A DNA stretch of 64,000 bases from Candidatus Peribacteria bacterium (GTDB lineage: Bacteria > Patescibacteriota > Gracilibacteria > Peribacterales > Peribacteraceae), in contig JAHFJN010000001.1 in the NCBI GenBank assembly GCA_023245865.1, positions 263,649-327,648 on the forward strand. The letters are read 5' to 3'. Below, piece after piece: positions 10,018-19,775 of this stretch (positions are counted from its first letter, which is position 1; each line of letters starts with the position of its first letter). The translations under genes and the position numbers were made by a program. The notes beneath the pieces were generated by a model. The model made no database searches. It was not told the origin of the DNA and worked only from the letters and a program-made list of their open reading frames with translations.

Positions 10018-12039
10018 ATGAAGCGCATCTCCTTATCACGGTCCAGCGAATGGGTTGTTCTCCTCCTCATTGCATTTTCCATACTCTGGCGCGGTGGCAA
10101 AGGGATCGAATCCACACTGTTGCTTGCACTCGTCGCTGGCTTTGTGACACTCATCTACAGTGCTCGCAAGATTCTGCGGATCAGGCATCGTTTGCCTGAC
10201 GGAGTACGGACCGGCCTGCCCAAGAGTAATGCCCAAGTACCACTTTCTCTTTGGGGGGTAGCGTTTCTCTTTGTTCTCTGGACGCTTCTTAGTTGGATTT
10301 TTTCTGATACCCGCAACTACGGACTCGATGAGGTAATCCGCGATGCGTCGTTGCTCCTTCTTTTTTTATGGATCGTTCGTGCAGGGGTTGATGGCATGCA
10401 GGGTGCGCTTTTTGATCGTTTCGTTCGATTCGTAGCGTACGGTGCGATTTCCTCCTCCATTGTCGGACTCTTTGTCTACATGCTGCAGCCTGCAAACCGG
10501 TTCGTCGGAACATTTTTTTACATATTCTCCCATGCTGACTACTGGCCCAACGCTTGGGCAGAGTTTGTCCTCCTCAGCTGGCCGTTTGTACTCATTGCCT
10601 ACATCAGAGAACAACGCACAAGGGTGAAGAGGTTGCTTCTTTGTGGCTTCACACTGCTTCTTACCTCCTTGCTTCTTAGCTACTCAAGAGGGGGTTTACT
10701 GGTCTTCTGCGTTCAGATGCTTCTGGGGGTCGGCTTTCTTATCACCCTTGCTCTTCATGATGTTCGGTTTCGCCGTACACTTCGCATGCAGCGCAGTCGT
10801 ACTGTCATTTGTTTCCTGGCGATTACCGCGTCTGCTTTCCTCCTTGCAGGCTGTATCAATGTTGTTCGCTCAACTTTGTACACAGTTCAATCTGCTCAAG
10901 AAAAGATTACATTCACCGCCGCCGAGGGTACATCGTCCATTCAGGAACGGATCCAATTTTGGAAGCAAGCGCTGACCCTTTCTTTCCATCATCCGCTTCT
11001 TGGATATGGCCCCTATAGTTTTCGATTTGAACAGCCTTGGCTTGCAGAAGGTGTGCTGCAGACATCGGATCATCCCCATAACGTTCTGCTGAAGCTTGCC
11101 ATGGAGCGTGGCTGGCCTGCCGTGTTCCTTTTCGTGTTGCTGATCGCAGCTGTCCTATGGAAATCTTTGCTTGCCTACCGCCGTGATGCGGCGTCCATCC
11201 TCATGATGATTTCTGTGCTCGGAGTACTTCTGCACAACTTGATTGATTACAATCTCCAATTTGTCGCCATTGCGTTACCGTTCTGGCTCTCGCTCGGGTT
11301 TCTTGTCGTTCCGGAATCCTCAGAGCAATCGATCGTTACATCATTCGGTAAATGGAAAAGAGCACAGTATCTATCCTACGTAAAAATTCTCGCAGCAATA
11401 GTCATTCTATGCGTGACTGGATTCGAATCGATCAGCCTTGCATCGACTGCACTTGCACGTAGTTTAATAGCACGGGGAGAACTATCGCGTTCATTGTACT
11501 GGTACGGTTTTTCCGATCACACTCTTTTTGGTAGAGATATCTATCTGAAAGAAGCTGAATTGTCTCTGCAACGTAGTAAGCTCATCGATGCCCAGGAATT
11601 TCTGTCGTCGTATCGTCAGCAAAACTCAGTCGATTATCGTTTCTGGAAGCTGCAGGGAGTCCTTCAGTTTCGTCAGGGCGACATTGTAGCTGCGAAGGAT
11701 TCACTCAAGAGAGCGTTCGAGATCGGAAAGTACATGGATCTCGATATCCTGCACCTCGTCCTCAGTACGGCAAAGACAGAACAGGACCGACAACAGCTTC
11801 TTCCCGGTAAAATGATCTATGATGCTGTTTTTTCGGATTTCTCTGATGCCATTCTTCATAATACTCACTATGTTTCCCTTTCGCAGAATCCTGAGTACCT
11901 CATGGCGGTTTCGAGAGATCTCGGTAAGCTCTTTCCGTCTGACGCGAAGCGTTACACTGTCATTGCCAGAAAGGCCTACAACGAGGCTTCCATACTGCGA
12001 AAAAATGCCGCAGCGCAGGGCACCGGGTTTCTTTGGTAA
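10018..12039 (+). CDS. O-antigen ligase/polymerase-like (Wzy_C-type) membrane protein with a soluble helical-repeat C-terminal domain
   Basis: 673 aa, many TM segments, SYSRGGLL and DHPHNVLLKLAMERGW motifs typical of the O-antigen ligase family. The C-terminal ~200 aa are TPR-like. Confidence 0.8.
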   Translation: MKRISLSRSSEWVVLLLIAFSILWRGGKGIESTLLLALVAGFVTLIYSARKILRIRHRLPDGVRTGLPKSNAQVPLSLWGVAFLFVLWTLLSWIFSDTRNYGLDEVIRDASLLLLFLWIVRAGVDGMQGALFDRFVRFVAYGAISSSIVGLFVYMLQPANRFVGTFFYIFSHADYWPNAWAEFVLLSWPFVLIAYIREQRTRVKRLLLCGFTLLLTSLLLSYSRGGLLVFCVQMLLGVGFLITLALHDVRFRRTLRMQRSRTVICFLAITASAFLLAGCINVVRSTLYTVQSAQEKITFTAAEGTSSIQERIQFWKQALTLSFHHPLLGYGPYSFRFEQPWLAEGVLQTSDHPHNVLLKLAMERGWPAVFLFVLLIAAVLWKSLLAYRRDAASILMMISVLGVLLHNLIDYNLQFVAIALPFWLSLGFLVVPESSEQSIVTSFGKWKRAQYLSYVKILAAIVILCVTGFESISLASTALARSLIARGELSRSLYWYGFSDHTLFGRDIYLKEAELSLQRSKLIDAQEFLSSYRQQNSVDYRFWKLQGVLQFRQGDIVAAKDSLKRAFEIGKYMDLDILHLVLSTAKTEQDRQQLLPGKMIYDAVFSDFSDAILHNTHYVSLSQNPEYLMAVSRDLGKLFPSDAKRYTVIARKAYNEASILRKNAAAQGTGFLW

Positions 12040-12070
12040 GCCAGAGTGTCTTTGTTCACAGCCTCAACAC

Positions 12071-12190
12071 TTAACGCAAGACCGGGAGGCTCATCACCAT
12101 GCTCAGAGAGAGGAAGGTGATGAAGGCTACGTGCATCAGCACGAGCGGTAGTGAAGCGGCACGATGAGTAGGATACTTCACGTATTTCAT
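12071..12190 (-). CDS. Candidate 39-aa hydrophobic micro-protein
   Basis: Not in the ORF track. MKYVKYPTHRAASLPLVLMHVAFITFLSLSMVMSLPVLR, preceded by AGGAG 4 nt upstream of the ATG. Confidence 0.3.
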   Translation of the reverse strand: MKYVKYPTHRAASLPLVLMHVAFITFLSLSMVMSLPVLR

Positions 12191-12437
12191 AGTACTCCTG
12201 TAACGGAGTGCGGGGAGTGTACGGAGGTGCGATTTATTGTCTAGTCACTATTGACGCAATTATGTGTTCGAGTTGAAATGTCTTCAATAGGTGCATTTTT
12301 GCCTAGGTGCCACTCATGTCTAATGGGATGCTGAATTGCATGCGAAATTTATGAACAAATTATTTGTACAAACTGACTGTAAACTTGGCCTTGGGATGGA
12401 TTGCTATAATGAGAAAATATTTCAAGGTAGTAATTGA

Positions 12438-12513
12438 TGGTCGGGATGACAGGACTCGAACCTGCGGCCTTACGGTCCCGAACCGTACGCTCTACCAACT
12501 GAGCTACATCCCG
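12438..12513 (-). tRNA. tRNA-Pro (anticodon CGG), CCA encoded
   Basis: Reverse complement: CGGGATG TA GCTC AGTTGGTA GAGC G TACGG TTCGGGA CCGTA AGGCC GCAGG TTCGAGT CCTGT CATCCCG ACCA. Confidence 0.9.
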
Positions 12514-12541
12514 GTAATCGTATGCTACAGTAGAGGAAAGT

Positions 12542-13420
12542 ATGATTCCAGCAACGTACTCATCTCTCGGCCGTGATCTTGCAGCCATGCTCAAGGGTGG
12601 AGTAATCATGGATGTCGTCAGTGCAGAGCAGGCGAAGCTGGCAGAGACGGCAGGGGCAAGCGCGGTGATGGCTCTTGAGCGTGTACCGGCGGATATTCGT
12701 CGCGATGGAGGCGTAGCGCGGATGAGTGACCCTTCACTTATTAAAGAGATTCAGGCATCCGTCACGATTCCTGTCATGGCAAAAATCCGTATCGGCCACA
12801 CGACGGAGGCGAGGATTCTCGAGGCTCTGAAAGTAGACTTTATCGATGAATCCGAAGTACTGACGCCCGCAGATCCGTTCGACCATGTTGATAAAACAAA
12901 ATTCGCAATTCCGTTTGTCTGCGGAGCGAGAAATCTCGGAGAAGCACTGCGGCGAATTCAGGAAGGAGCAGCTATGATCCGCACAAAAGGTGAGGCAGGC
13001 ACAGGCAATGTCATCGAGGCTGTGCGACATCTAAAGGAAATTCAACGTGACATTGCTTCCTTAAAACTGATGACAGAGAGTGAGCGTCGAGACAGGGCTG
13101 TCATGTATCGAGTGCCTGCTGAGCTTGTCGAACAGGTGTGTACCCTCGGCCGCCTGCCGGTCGTGACGTTTGTCGCCGGTGGCATTGCGACTCCTGCCGA
13201 CGCCGCGCTGCTCATGCAGCTCGGTGCAGAGGGGGTGTTTGTCGGCTCGGGCATCTTCAAGTCTGAGAGTCCTGCACGCACGGCCGCTGCGATCGTACTG
13301 GCGACGACGCATTTTGAAGACTCTATGAAGCTCGCAGAGGTATCAACGAATCTTCCAAAGCCGATGCAGGGACTGGAAATTGCGGCGCTCGAAACGCGTT
13401 TACAGGAGCGAGGATGGTAG
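12542..13420 (+). CDS. pdxS: Pyridoxal 5'-phosphate synthase, lyase subunit PdxS
   Basis: 292 aa: [80 protein letters not shown] lies 7 nt upstream of the ATG. Confidence 0.95.
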   Translation: MIPATYSSLGRDLAAMLKGGVIMDVVSAEQAKLAETAGASAVMALERVPADIRRDGGVARMSDPSLIKEIQASVTIPVMAKIRIGHTTEARILEALKVDFIDESEVLTPADPFDHVDKTKFAIPFVCGARNLGEALRRIQEGAAMIRTKGEAGTGNVIEAVRHLKEIQRDIASLKLMTESERRDRAVMYRVPAELVEQVCTLGRLPVVTFVAGGIATPADAALLMQLGAEGVFVGSGIFKSESPARTAAAIVLATTHFEDSMKLAEVSTNLPKPMQGLEIAALETRLQERGW

Positions 13421-13950
13421 TGGGAATTCTGGCATTTCAGGGTGATGTTGCGGAGCATCGCAGCATTCTGACTCAGCTGGAGCTCTCCGCACGGGATGTG
13501 CGCACTCTGCATGAGCTCGCGGAAGTGACGCATTTGATAATTCCCGGTGGCGAAAGTACGGTGATTGGATTGCACATGAAGTTCACCGGTCTTGATACTC
13601 GTATAACGGAGCGCGTACGAGAAGGATCTCTCTTCGTGCTCGGGACATGTGCGGGGTTAATTTTGCTCGCAAGATTGGGGCTTTTGCATGCGACTGTTGA
13701 GCGTAATGCCTATGGATCACAAATCGATAGTTTTGATGCAGCCATCAACGTACGAGGAATAGATGCGCAAATGTACGCCGCCTTCATTCGCGCCCCAAAA
13801 ATAAGTCATGTGGACGGGTCCGTTGAAATACTTGCCGAATGTGACGGGATTCCTGTTGTCGTACGTGAGGGTAATATTCTCGCCTCGACCTGTCACCCGG
13901 AGCTGCGAGGTGAAAGCCTCTTGCACGAGATGTTTCTTGGGCTACGATGA
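13414..13950 (+). CDS. pdxT: PLP synthase glutaminase subunit PdxT
   Basis: 178 aa: [31 protein letters not shown]. It overlaps the pdxS stop by 7 nt. Confidence 0.9.
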   Translation: MVVGILAFQGDVAEHRSILTQLELSARDVRTLHELAEVTHLIIPGGESTVIGLHMKFTGLDTRITERVREGSLFVLGTCAGLILLARLGLLHATVERNAYGSQIDSFDAAINVRGIDAQMYAAFIRAPKISHVDGSVEILAECDGIPVVVREGNILASTCHPELRGESLLHEMFLGLR

Positions 13951-13954
13951 AGGA

Positions 13955-14479
13955 ATGAAGCATCCAGTTGTGTATGTCGTTTGCGCGGTTGCCGCGCTAT
14001 CAGTGGTTCTCATCGTCTGGTCGCAAACATTTGTAGCCCCGATGCGTCTCACGAGCACGGCGTTTGGAGAAGGCGAACGAATCCCTGAGAAATACACGTG
14101 TGATGGAGAGAATGTGAACCCTCCTCTTGCCGTACGTGATGTCCCCAAGGGCACAAAGAGCCTGACGATCACGATGATCGACCCCGACGTGCCAAAAACT
14201 CCGTGGGTGCATTGGCTGGTATATGGCCTGGATCCTGGAACTGAAATAGTTGAAAACATGAAATTCGATATTGCGTCTGAAGGAATGACAAGTTTTAAAA
14301 AGAGTGCGTACGGGGGTCCCTGTCCGCCGAGTGGTAAGCATCATTATATTTTCACGGCTTATGCCGTTTCCACTCCTATGGTGTTTCATAAGGCACCGGA
14401 TATCAACGGCCTCAAGCGCGCGATGAAGGGAAATGTCCTTGGACGTGCAGAATTGACCGGAATCTACTATCATCCGTAA
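13955..14479 (+). CDS. PEBP (YbhB/YbcL) family protein with an N-terminal signal/anchor
   Basis: In frame with listed ORF 13808-14479, but the start is placed at ATG 13955 (MKHPVVYVVCAVAALSVVL). Motifs: IPEKYTCDGENVNPPL, DPDVP..WVHWLVY, GPCPPSGKHHYIF. Confidence 0.8.
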   Translation: MKHPVVYVVCAVAALSVVLIVWSQTFVAPMRLTSTAFGEGERIPEKYTCDGENVNPPLAVRDVPKGTKSLTITMIDPDVPKTPWVHWLVYGLDPGTEIVENMKFDIASEGMTSFKKSAYGGPCPPSGKHHYIFTAYAVSTPMVFHKAPDINGLKRAMKGNVLGRAELTGIYYHP

Positions 14480-14506
14480 GCTATTTCAGCTTTTCTCAAC
14501 AATTTT

Positions 14507-15088
14507 ATGAGTAATCAATTCCTGCCCATTCGCCGGTTGTGGATAGTTCTTGGAGTCATTGCCTTGGCCCTCCTCTGGATAGGTTTTGGATACAACGGAC
14601 TCGTGACAGAGAAAGAGAAAGTGAATAATGCATGGAGACAAGTGGAAACACAGTATCAACGAAGGGTGGATCTTGTTCCGAATCTCGTGCGTACCGTTCA
14701 GGGCGCTTCGAATTTTGAGAAGTCGACGCTGACGGACATAACGAAAGCGCGCACCGATTGGTTGGCTGCCTCAGGCAACAGAACGAAGCAAGTAGCAGCT
14801 GCCGAAAATTTGGACGGAGCGCTCTCTCGGTTACTTGTTTCTGTGGAGGCATATCCGCAGTTGCAAGCAACGCAAGCATTCAGGGACTTAATGACGCAGC
14901 TGGAGGGAACGGAAAATCGCATCGCGACTGCACGCAAGGATTACAATGATGCTGTGCTTTCGTATAACCTTTCCGTGAAGCGCTTCCCGCGTAATGTCAT
15001 CGCGGGGTTCTTTGGTTTTGCCGAGGAAGCGGGCTACCACGCGGTGTCCGGCTCTGAGAACGCGCCAAGTGTCAATTTTATGCAGTAA
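14507..15088 (+). CDS. lemA: LemA family membrane protein
   Basis: 193 aa with an N-terminal TM helix and NAWRQVETQYQRRVDLVPNLV..YPQLQATQAF..LEGTENRIATARKDYN. Confidence 0.85.
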   Translation: MSNQFLPIRRLWIVLGVIALALLWIGFGYNGLVTEKEKVNNAWRQVETQYQRRVDLVPNLVRTVQGASNFEKSTLTDITKARTDWLAASGNRTKQVAAAENLDGALSRLLVSVEAYPQLQATQAFRDLMTQLEGTENRIATARKDYNDAVLSYNLSVKRFPRNVIAGFFGFAEEAGYHAVSGSENAPSVNFMQ

Positions 15089-15090
15089 CC

Positions 15091-15930
15091 ATGAGAGTGC
15101 ACGCACTTACCTTGTGGGTCGCTACGAGCGTATTCATTCCGTACATGGCGTGTGCCGGTGCGACTCCCGCCAATGACGGATTTGTTACCGATGACGCACA
15201 TCTGCTCACAAGCAGCCAGGAGGCAACGCTTGAGAAAACCCTGCAGGACTACCAGTCGACGACAAGCAATGAAATAGCAGTCCTCACGGTCCCTTCTCTT
15301 AGCGGAGCTGATATCGCTCAATGGAACGTCGAAATATTTCGAAAATGGGGTATCGGTGGCAAGGAGAAAAATAATGGCATTCTCCTGACAATTGCTTACG
15401 CTGACCGACAAATCAATATTACGACGGGGTACGGTCTTGAGGGTGCGGTGCCCGATATTGTTGCCAAGGGTATTATCGATCAGGATATGAATCCTAGATT
15501 CAAAAAAGGGGATTACTATCAGGGGATTGCCGCAGCGGTCGATGCGCTCGAAAAACATATCGGAGGTGAGTACACAGCATCACGGTATGATCGGCAGAGC
15601 TCGAGCTTTGCCTCGTGGGTCTTCTTCTTTTTTATTTTTCTCAACTGGATTGCTGCATACCTTGCCCGCAGCAAGTCGTGGTGGGCGGGAGGGATCGTTG
15701 GTGCTGTCTTCGGTATTATTCTGACACTTGTGTACGCGTGGTGGGTTAGTATTCCGCTTCTTGTGATCATCGGACTGATATTCGATTACATTGCATCAAG
15801 GATCGGTCCTCGCATGCGTGGAAGGCGCAGCGGCACAGGAGGCTGGAGCGGGGGAGGGGGCGGCGGACTGGGAGGTGGGGGGTTTGGCGGAGGATCCACA
15901 GGTGGAGGGGGAGCAAGCGGTAGTTTTTGA
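15091..15930 (+). CDS. TPM-domain (YgcG-like) membrane protein with a Gly-rich tail
   Basis: 279 aa: signal peptide, then TPM block VTDDAHLLTSSQEATLEKTLQDY..NEIAVLTV..NNGILLTIAYADRQINITTGYGLEG. It also has 3 TM segments and a GGWSGGGGGGLGGGGFGGGSTGGGG tail. Starts 2 nt after lemA. Confidence 0.8.
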   Translation: MRVHALTLWVATSVFIPYMACAGATPANDGFVTDDAHLLTSSQEATLEKTLQDYQSTTSNEIAVLTVPSLSGADIAQWNVEIFRKWGIGGKEKNNGILLTIAYADRQINITTGYGLEGAVPDIVAKGIIDQDMNPRFKKGDYYQGIAAAVDALEKHIGGEYTASRYDRQSSSFASWVFFFFIFLNWIAAYLARSKSWWAGGIVGAVFGIILTLVYAWWVSIPLLVIIGLIFDYIASRIGPRMRGRRSGTGGWSGGGGGGLGGGGFGGGSTGGGGASGSF

Positions 15931-15949
15931 GTTTTGGTATGATGCTCGT

Positions 15950-16852
15950 ATGCGCAAAGTATTTTTCGTCACCTCGGCACTCGTCCTTTCCATTGTCATC
16001 AAAGCAGACGCGCAGGCGCAGCCGACATTGACGGTCACAGACATTTCACCCACAGGCTCGATTTCCCTCCCGCAGGGCGGGCAACGTATTAATATGCAGA
16101 CATTGTCTTTTGCAGCTTCGTGCGATCGCCCCATCGCTGTCCGCAACATTGCGATTCACCATCAAGGGCCCGGTGATACCCGCGACATCGCAGGCGTATA
16201 CATCACAAGGGAGGCTGAACGCCTGAGTAGAAGTATGGAGTTTTCCCTTCGTGATCGAGTTGTCATTCTCCCGATACGCTCTCTCACTATCGCGCCCTGC
16301 ACAACATCCATTATCGAGGTTATGATGGATATTTCTGAGAACGCTTCCGTCGGAGGGGGTCACGCCATCGGCATCGTTGACGCGAATGATGTGGATGCCG
16401 GCACTGCACGGATCGTATGGAAACCGCGATTGCCCATGCGGGCACCAGCTACCTCTCCTGCATCGCTTGGAAGCGTTGATGCCAGTTATCCATCACTTCC
16501 GCCCGACAGCACGCTTTTTGGAAAGCAGAGACTGCTGCTGCGACTTCAACTCAAATCGTCCGCAGCACATTCTCAATTGCTGAACGCAGTCACCCTCACG
16601 AACGACGGCAAGGCACGCGATGCGGACGTTCGTAATCTCTTCATGACAACAAGTAATGCTGTTCGAGTGTCGAAGATCGAACCGATGTTAACCGGCAATT
16701 GGGTTCGTATTGTTTTTGATCCGCCGTTTCTGCTCGAGCGAAATACTGCGACCCTTCTCATTTTGAGGGGCGACATAGTTTCGAGCCGTCGACGTACGAT
16801 TCATTTTATTCTTGAGCAGCCATCGGATGTCGAGATGACTGCGACGAATTGA
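15950..16852 (+). CDS. Secreted protein of unknown function with two similar beta-rich halves
   Basis: In frame with listed ORF 15791-16852. Start placed at ATG 15950 (MRKVFFVTSALVLSIVIKADAQA signal peptide). Confidence 0.6.
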   Translation: MRKVFFVTSALVLSIVIKADAQAQPTLTVTDISPTGSISLPQGGQRINMQTLSFAASCDRPIAVRNIAIHHQGPGDTRDIAGVYITREAERLSRSMEFSLRDRVVILPIRSLTIAPCTTSIIEVMMDISENASVGGGHAIGIVDANDVDAGTARIVWKPRLPMRAPATSPASLGSVDASYPSLPPDSTLFGKQRLLLRLQLKSSAAHSQLLNAVTLTNDGKARDADVRNLFMTTSNAVRVSKIEPMLTGNWVRIVFDPPFLLERNTATLLILRGDIVSSRRRTIHFILEQPSDVEMTATN

Positions 16853-16856
16853 CAGT

Positions 16857-17660
16857 ATGAGCAAGTTTTTTTTCATGAGCGCATTGCTGATTCTTACCTC
16901 CTGCGCGCCGAGAGTTGCGCTTCCAGCAGAGTTAGTTCTGGAGAGGGCATCCACGGAGAATCGCAATCTCAATGCCGCGCGCTTCGAGGCCGACGTCTCC
17001 TATAATGCGCTGATCACCGCGCGCATCACCGGCATTATGCAAAATGGTGGCAATCAGGCAGTGTCCGATGTCGATATCCACGCAGGGCCGATGAACTTCA
17101 TCGCTCGCTATGTTATTGCTTCCCCGGTGGAGCAATATTTGCTGGTACATGCAACGACTGTTGATTCACTCAAAAGTTTGGTTGGACAATGGTGGATACT
17201 CAACGCCAATCGCGTCTCCGATGATGCGTCGATACCTCTCAGTCCCGATCCTGCATTGATCCGCAAGCAAATGAGTATCATGCATGTGACGAACGATCGT
17301 GGCTTCGTACAGCTCGATGGTCATGCGGTCTACCACTATGATGTCGAGCTCGACCGGCAGAAGGCACTGGATTTTCTCAAAGAAGTTGCGCGTCAGAGCG
17401 GACAGAATGATAGTTCTGTTATCTTGCCTCAAGAATTACAGTTCAGGGGAGAGTGCTGGATCGACGCAGATTCTTTTCTGTTACGCAGGATAGTATGGAA
17501 CATTACGTCGACAGATCAGCAAAAACCACTACACATACAACTCGCCGTGGCGATTCACGACCAGAATTCCGCTATTGCAATTGAGCCGCCGAAGGATGCC
17601 AAGCCATTTCCCATCGAAACGAGTGTCATGACTGATATACTGCGCTCCGTACATTTGTAA
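16857..17660 (+). CDS. Putative lipoprotein, unknown function
   Basis: 267 aa. MSKFFFMSALLILTSCAP lipobox-like signal. Starts 4 nt after the preceding gene. Confidence 0.6.
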   Translation: MSKFFFMSALLILTSCAPRVALPAELVLERASTENRNLNAARFEADVSYNALITARITGIMQNGGNQAVSDVDIHAGPMNFIARYVIASPVEQYLLVHATTVDSLKSLVGQWWILNANRVSDDASIPLSPDPALIRKQMSIMHVTNDRGFVQLDGHAVYHYDVELDRQKALDFLKEVARQSGQNDSSVILPQELQFRGECWIDADSFLLRRIVWNITSTDQQKPLHIQLAVAIHDQNSAIAIEPPKDAKPFPIETSVMTDILRSVHL

Positions 17661-17667
17661 ATCTCCC

Positions 17668-19671
17668 ATGCCCGAAGAACCACTCTCCGTCGACAGTGTC
17701 AGTGCGGTGACACCCGAGCCTCCGAAGCCACAGGTTCCGGTTGCACAGACCCTGAGCCCCGCTGCGAAGCGATGGGAGTTTGTTCTGCTCACAACCTTCA
17801 GCCTTGCGTATATCGTCTACATTATTTGGTGCGTCGCGCTCCTCATCATCCTTCCGACAACCGGACCGTTGAAGTCACTCGTCCCGATCGGACTCGGGTC
17901 ACTCAGTGTCGGAGCATTGCTCTTTTTAACACTCGGTGTCGTCGTCCTTACACATATCGGTCAGTCGAAAGTCGCACCGCAAAACAGAAAACGTGCGCTC
18001 ATCAAACTTCTCGTTTTTGCCATCCCCGGCTTACTGCTGAGTGCAGCAACAGCCTACAGGATCATGCAAGAGCCTCCGCTAGGCATTGATATCGTGAGCC
18101 CTGCATCAAGTCAGGACCTCATTGCGCCTGTCACGATGACGTTCAATCTTGATACGGCGGTATCGACGCTCCGTGGACGCGGGTTTAAGCCCATTCAATT
18201 CAAGTGGGACATCAATGGAGATCATCAAGTGGACCAGGAAACCGTTGTTCCTGAACTCACGGCGACCTACGACCGTCAGGGTGTCTACACCGTTTCCGTG
18301 ATTATGGTGGGAAGTGATGGCGCAACTCGCACCGCCCTCAAACGCTTCATTATTTTACAGGCGGTATTTTCCATCCTGCCACCGTCTCCGATCGTTGAGA
18401 AACCGGTTATTTTTAATCTCAGTTCGCTCGTGACAGATCCCGCAGCCATTCAGAAAGTGCAATGGGACTTTGACGGTGACGGGAAGATTGATGAAACGAC
18501 CAACAGTCCTCAAATTGCGTATACCTTCTACAAGACCGGCAGCGTGAAGGTTTCCGCGCTCGTAGATCTGCAAAATAAAACTCAGGCGAAGTACGAGCGT
18601 ACAATCGAAATTCGTAATCCCCCCAAGCTGCCGTTCCCGGTTGATCTCAAAAGTGAACCGAGGCATTTGATCGGCTCTCCGCCGTTTGCGGTACTCTTCA
18701 CGGTGTCATCCAAAGAGCCGCTTGCTCGCATTGATTGGAATTTCGGAGACGGAGACAAAGGTGAGGGGCAAAAGGTTCTCCACACGTATAACCAGAATGG
18801 TACGTTCACAGTCGACGTGAAGGTACGCAGCCAGAGTGGGGTGATCGCGCCGCTTTCATCGCTCGTTCAGATCGTTGATCCCTTGCAAGTCGGTGATCTG
18901 ACGTTTGAGGGAAAACCGGAAGTGAAGGGTGATGTTATAGAAGGGGAGTCTCCGCTAACACTCAACCTCAAGCCGCGGACGTCGATACCGTACGTACAGT
19001 TCTTCTGGGAGGCGCCCGATGCGAGTGACGTGGGGTCCACGGATACGACATTGCAAGCAATATACCGAAAGGAAGCGAACTACACGGTGACGCTGATTGC
19101 GCAAGACCTGAACAACCATGTCATGCGTAAAAAAATAACCGTGCATGTGCTACCGCCGACTGCGTCGATCGTCATCAACGCGAGCCCTGAAACAGGGATT
19201 TCTCCTCTCACTGTCAATTTTGATGCATCTGCATCGGACATTCCGAACGACGATGCCATCGGCTACATCTGGAATTTCGGCGACGGATCGCCGGAGGTGA
19301 CGAAGGGCGCCAGCATTTCGCATCAGTACATCACTCCGCAGACCTACACCGTCAACTTGCGCATTCAAACATCAGACGGAAAAGAATACTCCTCGAGCAA
19401 AAAACTCGTTGTTCGAGCAGCGGCGCTCCAAGCTTGTTTTCAACCAAGCAGAACATCTATTGCGTCAGGACAGTCCGTCGACTTCGATGCCGGCTGTACG
19501 ACGGGCGCTGCGGCAAAGTATCTCTGGGACTTTGATGATGCCTCCACAACCGATGAGCAGCACCCCATTCATCTCTTCACAAGTACGGGTGTCCACACTG
19601 TGAAATTGCTTGTTGAGGACGCAAGTGGTGTGCGCAGCACGTATTCTATTTCCATCACCGTCACTCCATGA
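17668..19671 (+). CDS. Membrane-anchored protein with multiple PKD-like Ig-fold repeats
   Basis: 667 aa with about 4 N-terminal TM segments. It has repeated (W/F)DFGDG..-type units (KWDINGDH, WDFDGDGKID, WNFGDGDKG, WNFGDGSPE, WDFDDAST) spaced about 90 aa apart. Confidence 0.75.
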   Translation: MPEEPLSVDSVSAVTPEPPKPQVPVAQTLSPAAKRWEFVLLTTFSLAYIVYIIWCVALLIILPTTGPLKSLVPIGLGSLSVGALLFLTLGVVVLTHIGQSKVAPQNRKRALIKLLVFAIPGLLLSAATAYRIMQEPPLGIDIVSPASSQDLIAPVTMTFNLDTAVSTLRGRGFKPIQFKWDINGDHQVDQETVVPELTATYDRQGVYTVSVIMVGSDGATRTALKRFIILQAVFSILPPSPIVEKPVIFNLSSLVTDPAAIQKVQWDFDGDGKIDETTNSPQIAYTFYKTGSVKVSALVDLQNKTQAKYERTIEIRNPPKLPFPVDLKSEPRHLIGSPPFAVLFTVSSKEPLARIDWNFGDGDKGEGQKVLHTYNQNGTFTVDVKVRSQSGVIAPLSSLVQIVDPLQVGDLTFEGKPEVKGDVIEGESPLTLNLKPRTSIPYVQFFWEAPDASDVGSTDTTLQAIYRKEANYTVTLIAQDLNNHVMRKKITVHVLPPTASIVINASPETGISPLTVNFDASASDIPNDDAIGYIWNFGDGSPEVTKGASISHQYITPQTYTVNLRIQTSDGKEYSSSKKLVVRAAALQACFQPSRTSIASGQSVDFDAGCTTGAAAKYLWDFDDASTTDEQHPIHLFTSTGVHTVKLLVEDASGVRSTYSISITVTP

Positions 19672-19760
19672 GGAAAGCAGCTATTATCCGCGCCGTCGCG
19701 ACTGTCGGGGTCATCGCCATCATTCTTGGTGCGCTGCTTCCCGTTCTTTCGAGTTTTTGA
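19668..19760 (+). CDS. Candidate 30-aa single-TM micro-protein coupled to the PKD gene
   Basis: Not in the ORF track. ATG 19668-19670 overlaps TGA 19669-19671 of the PKD gene. Sequence: MRKAAIIRAVATVGVIAIILGALLPVLSSF. Confidence 0.3.
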   Translation: MRKAAIIRAVATVGVIAIILGALLPVLSSF

Positions 19761-19775
19761 TGGTATACTCAGAAC

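Noticed and set aside
9609-10154. 181-aa minus-strand ORF and 188-aa plus-strand ORF (9455-10021) spanning tRNA-Leu
   Set aside because: They run through a well-formed tRNA gene and its repeat, and neither has a coding signature.
15826-15930. GGN-rich tract as a possible DNA-level tandem repeat
   Set aside because: It encodes the Gly-rich C-terminal tail typical of YgcG/TPM-family proteins. It is a coding low-complexity region, not an independent repeat.
15791-15949. N-terminal extension of ORF 15791-16852, and the similar extension 13808-13954 of the PEBP ORF
   Set aside because: The extensions overlap the preceding genes (the TPM Gly-rich tail and pdxT). Each precedes an internal ATG that yields a clean signal peptide.
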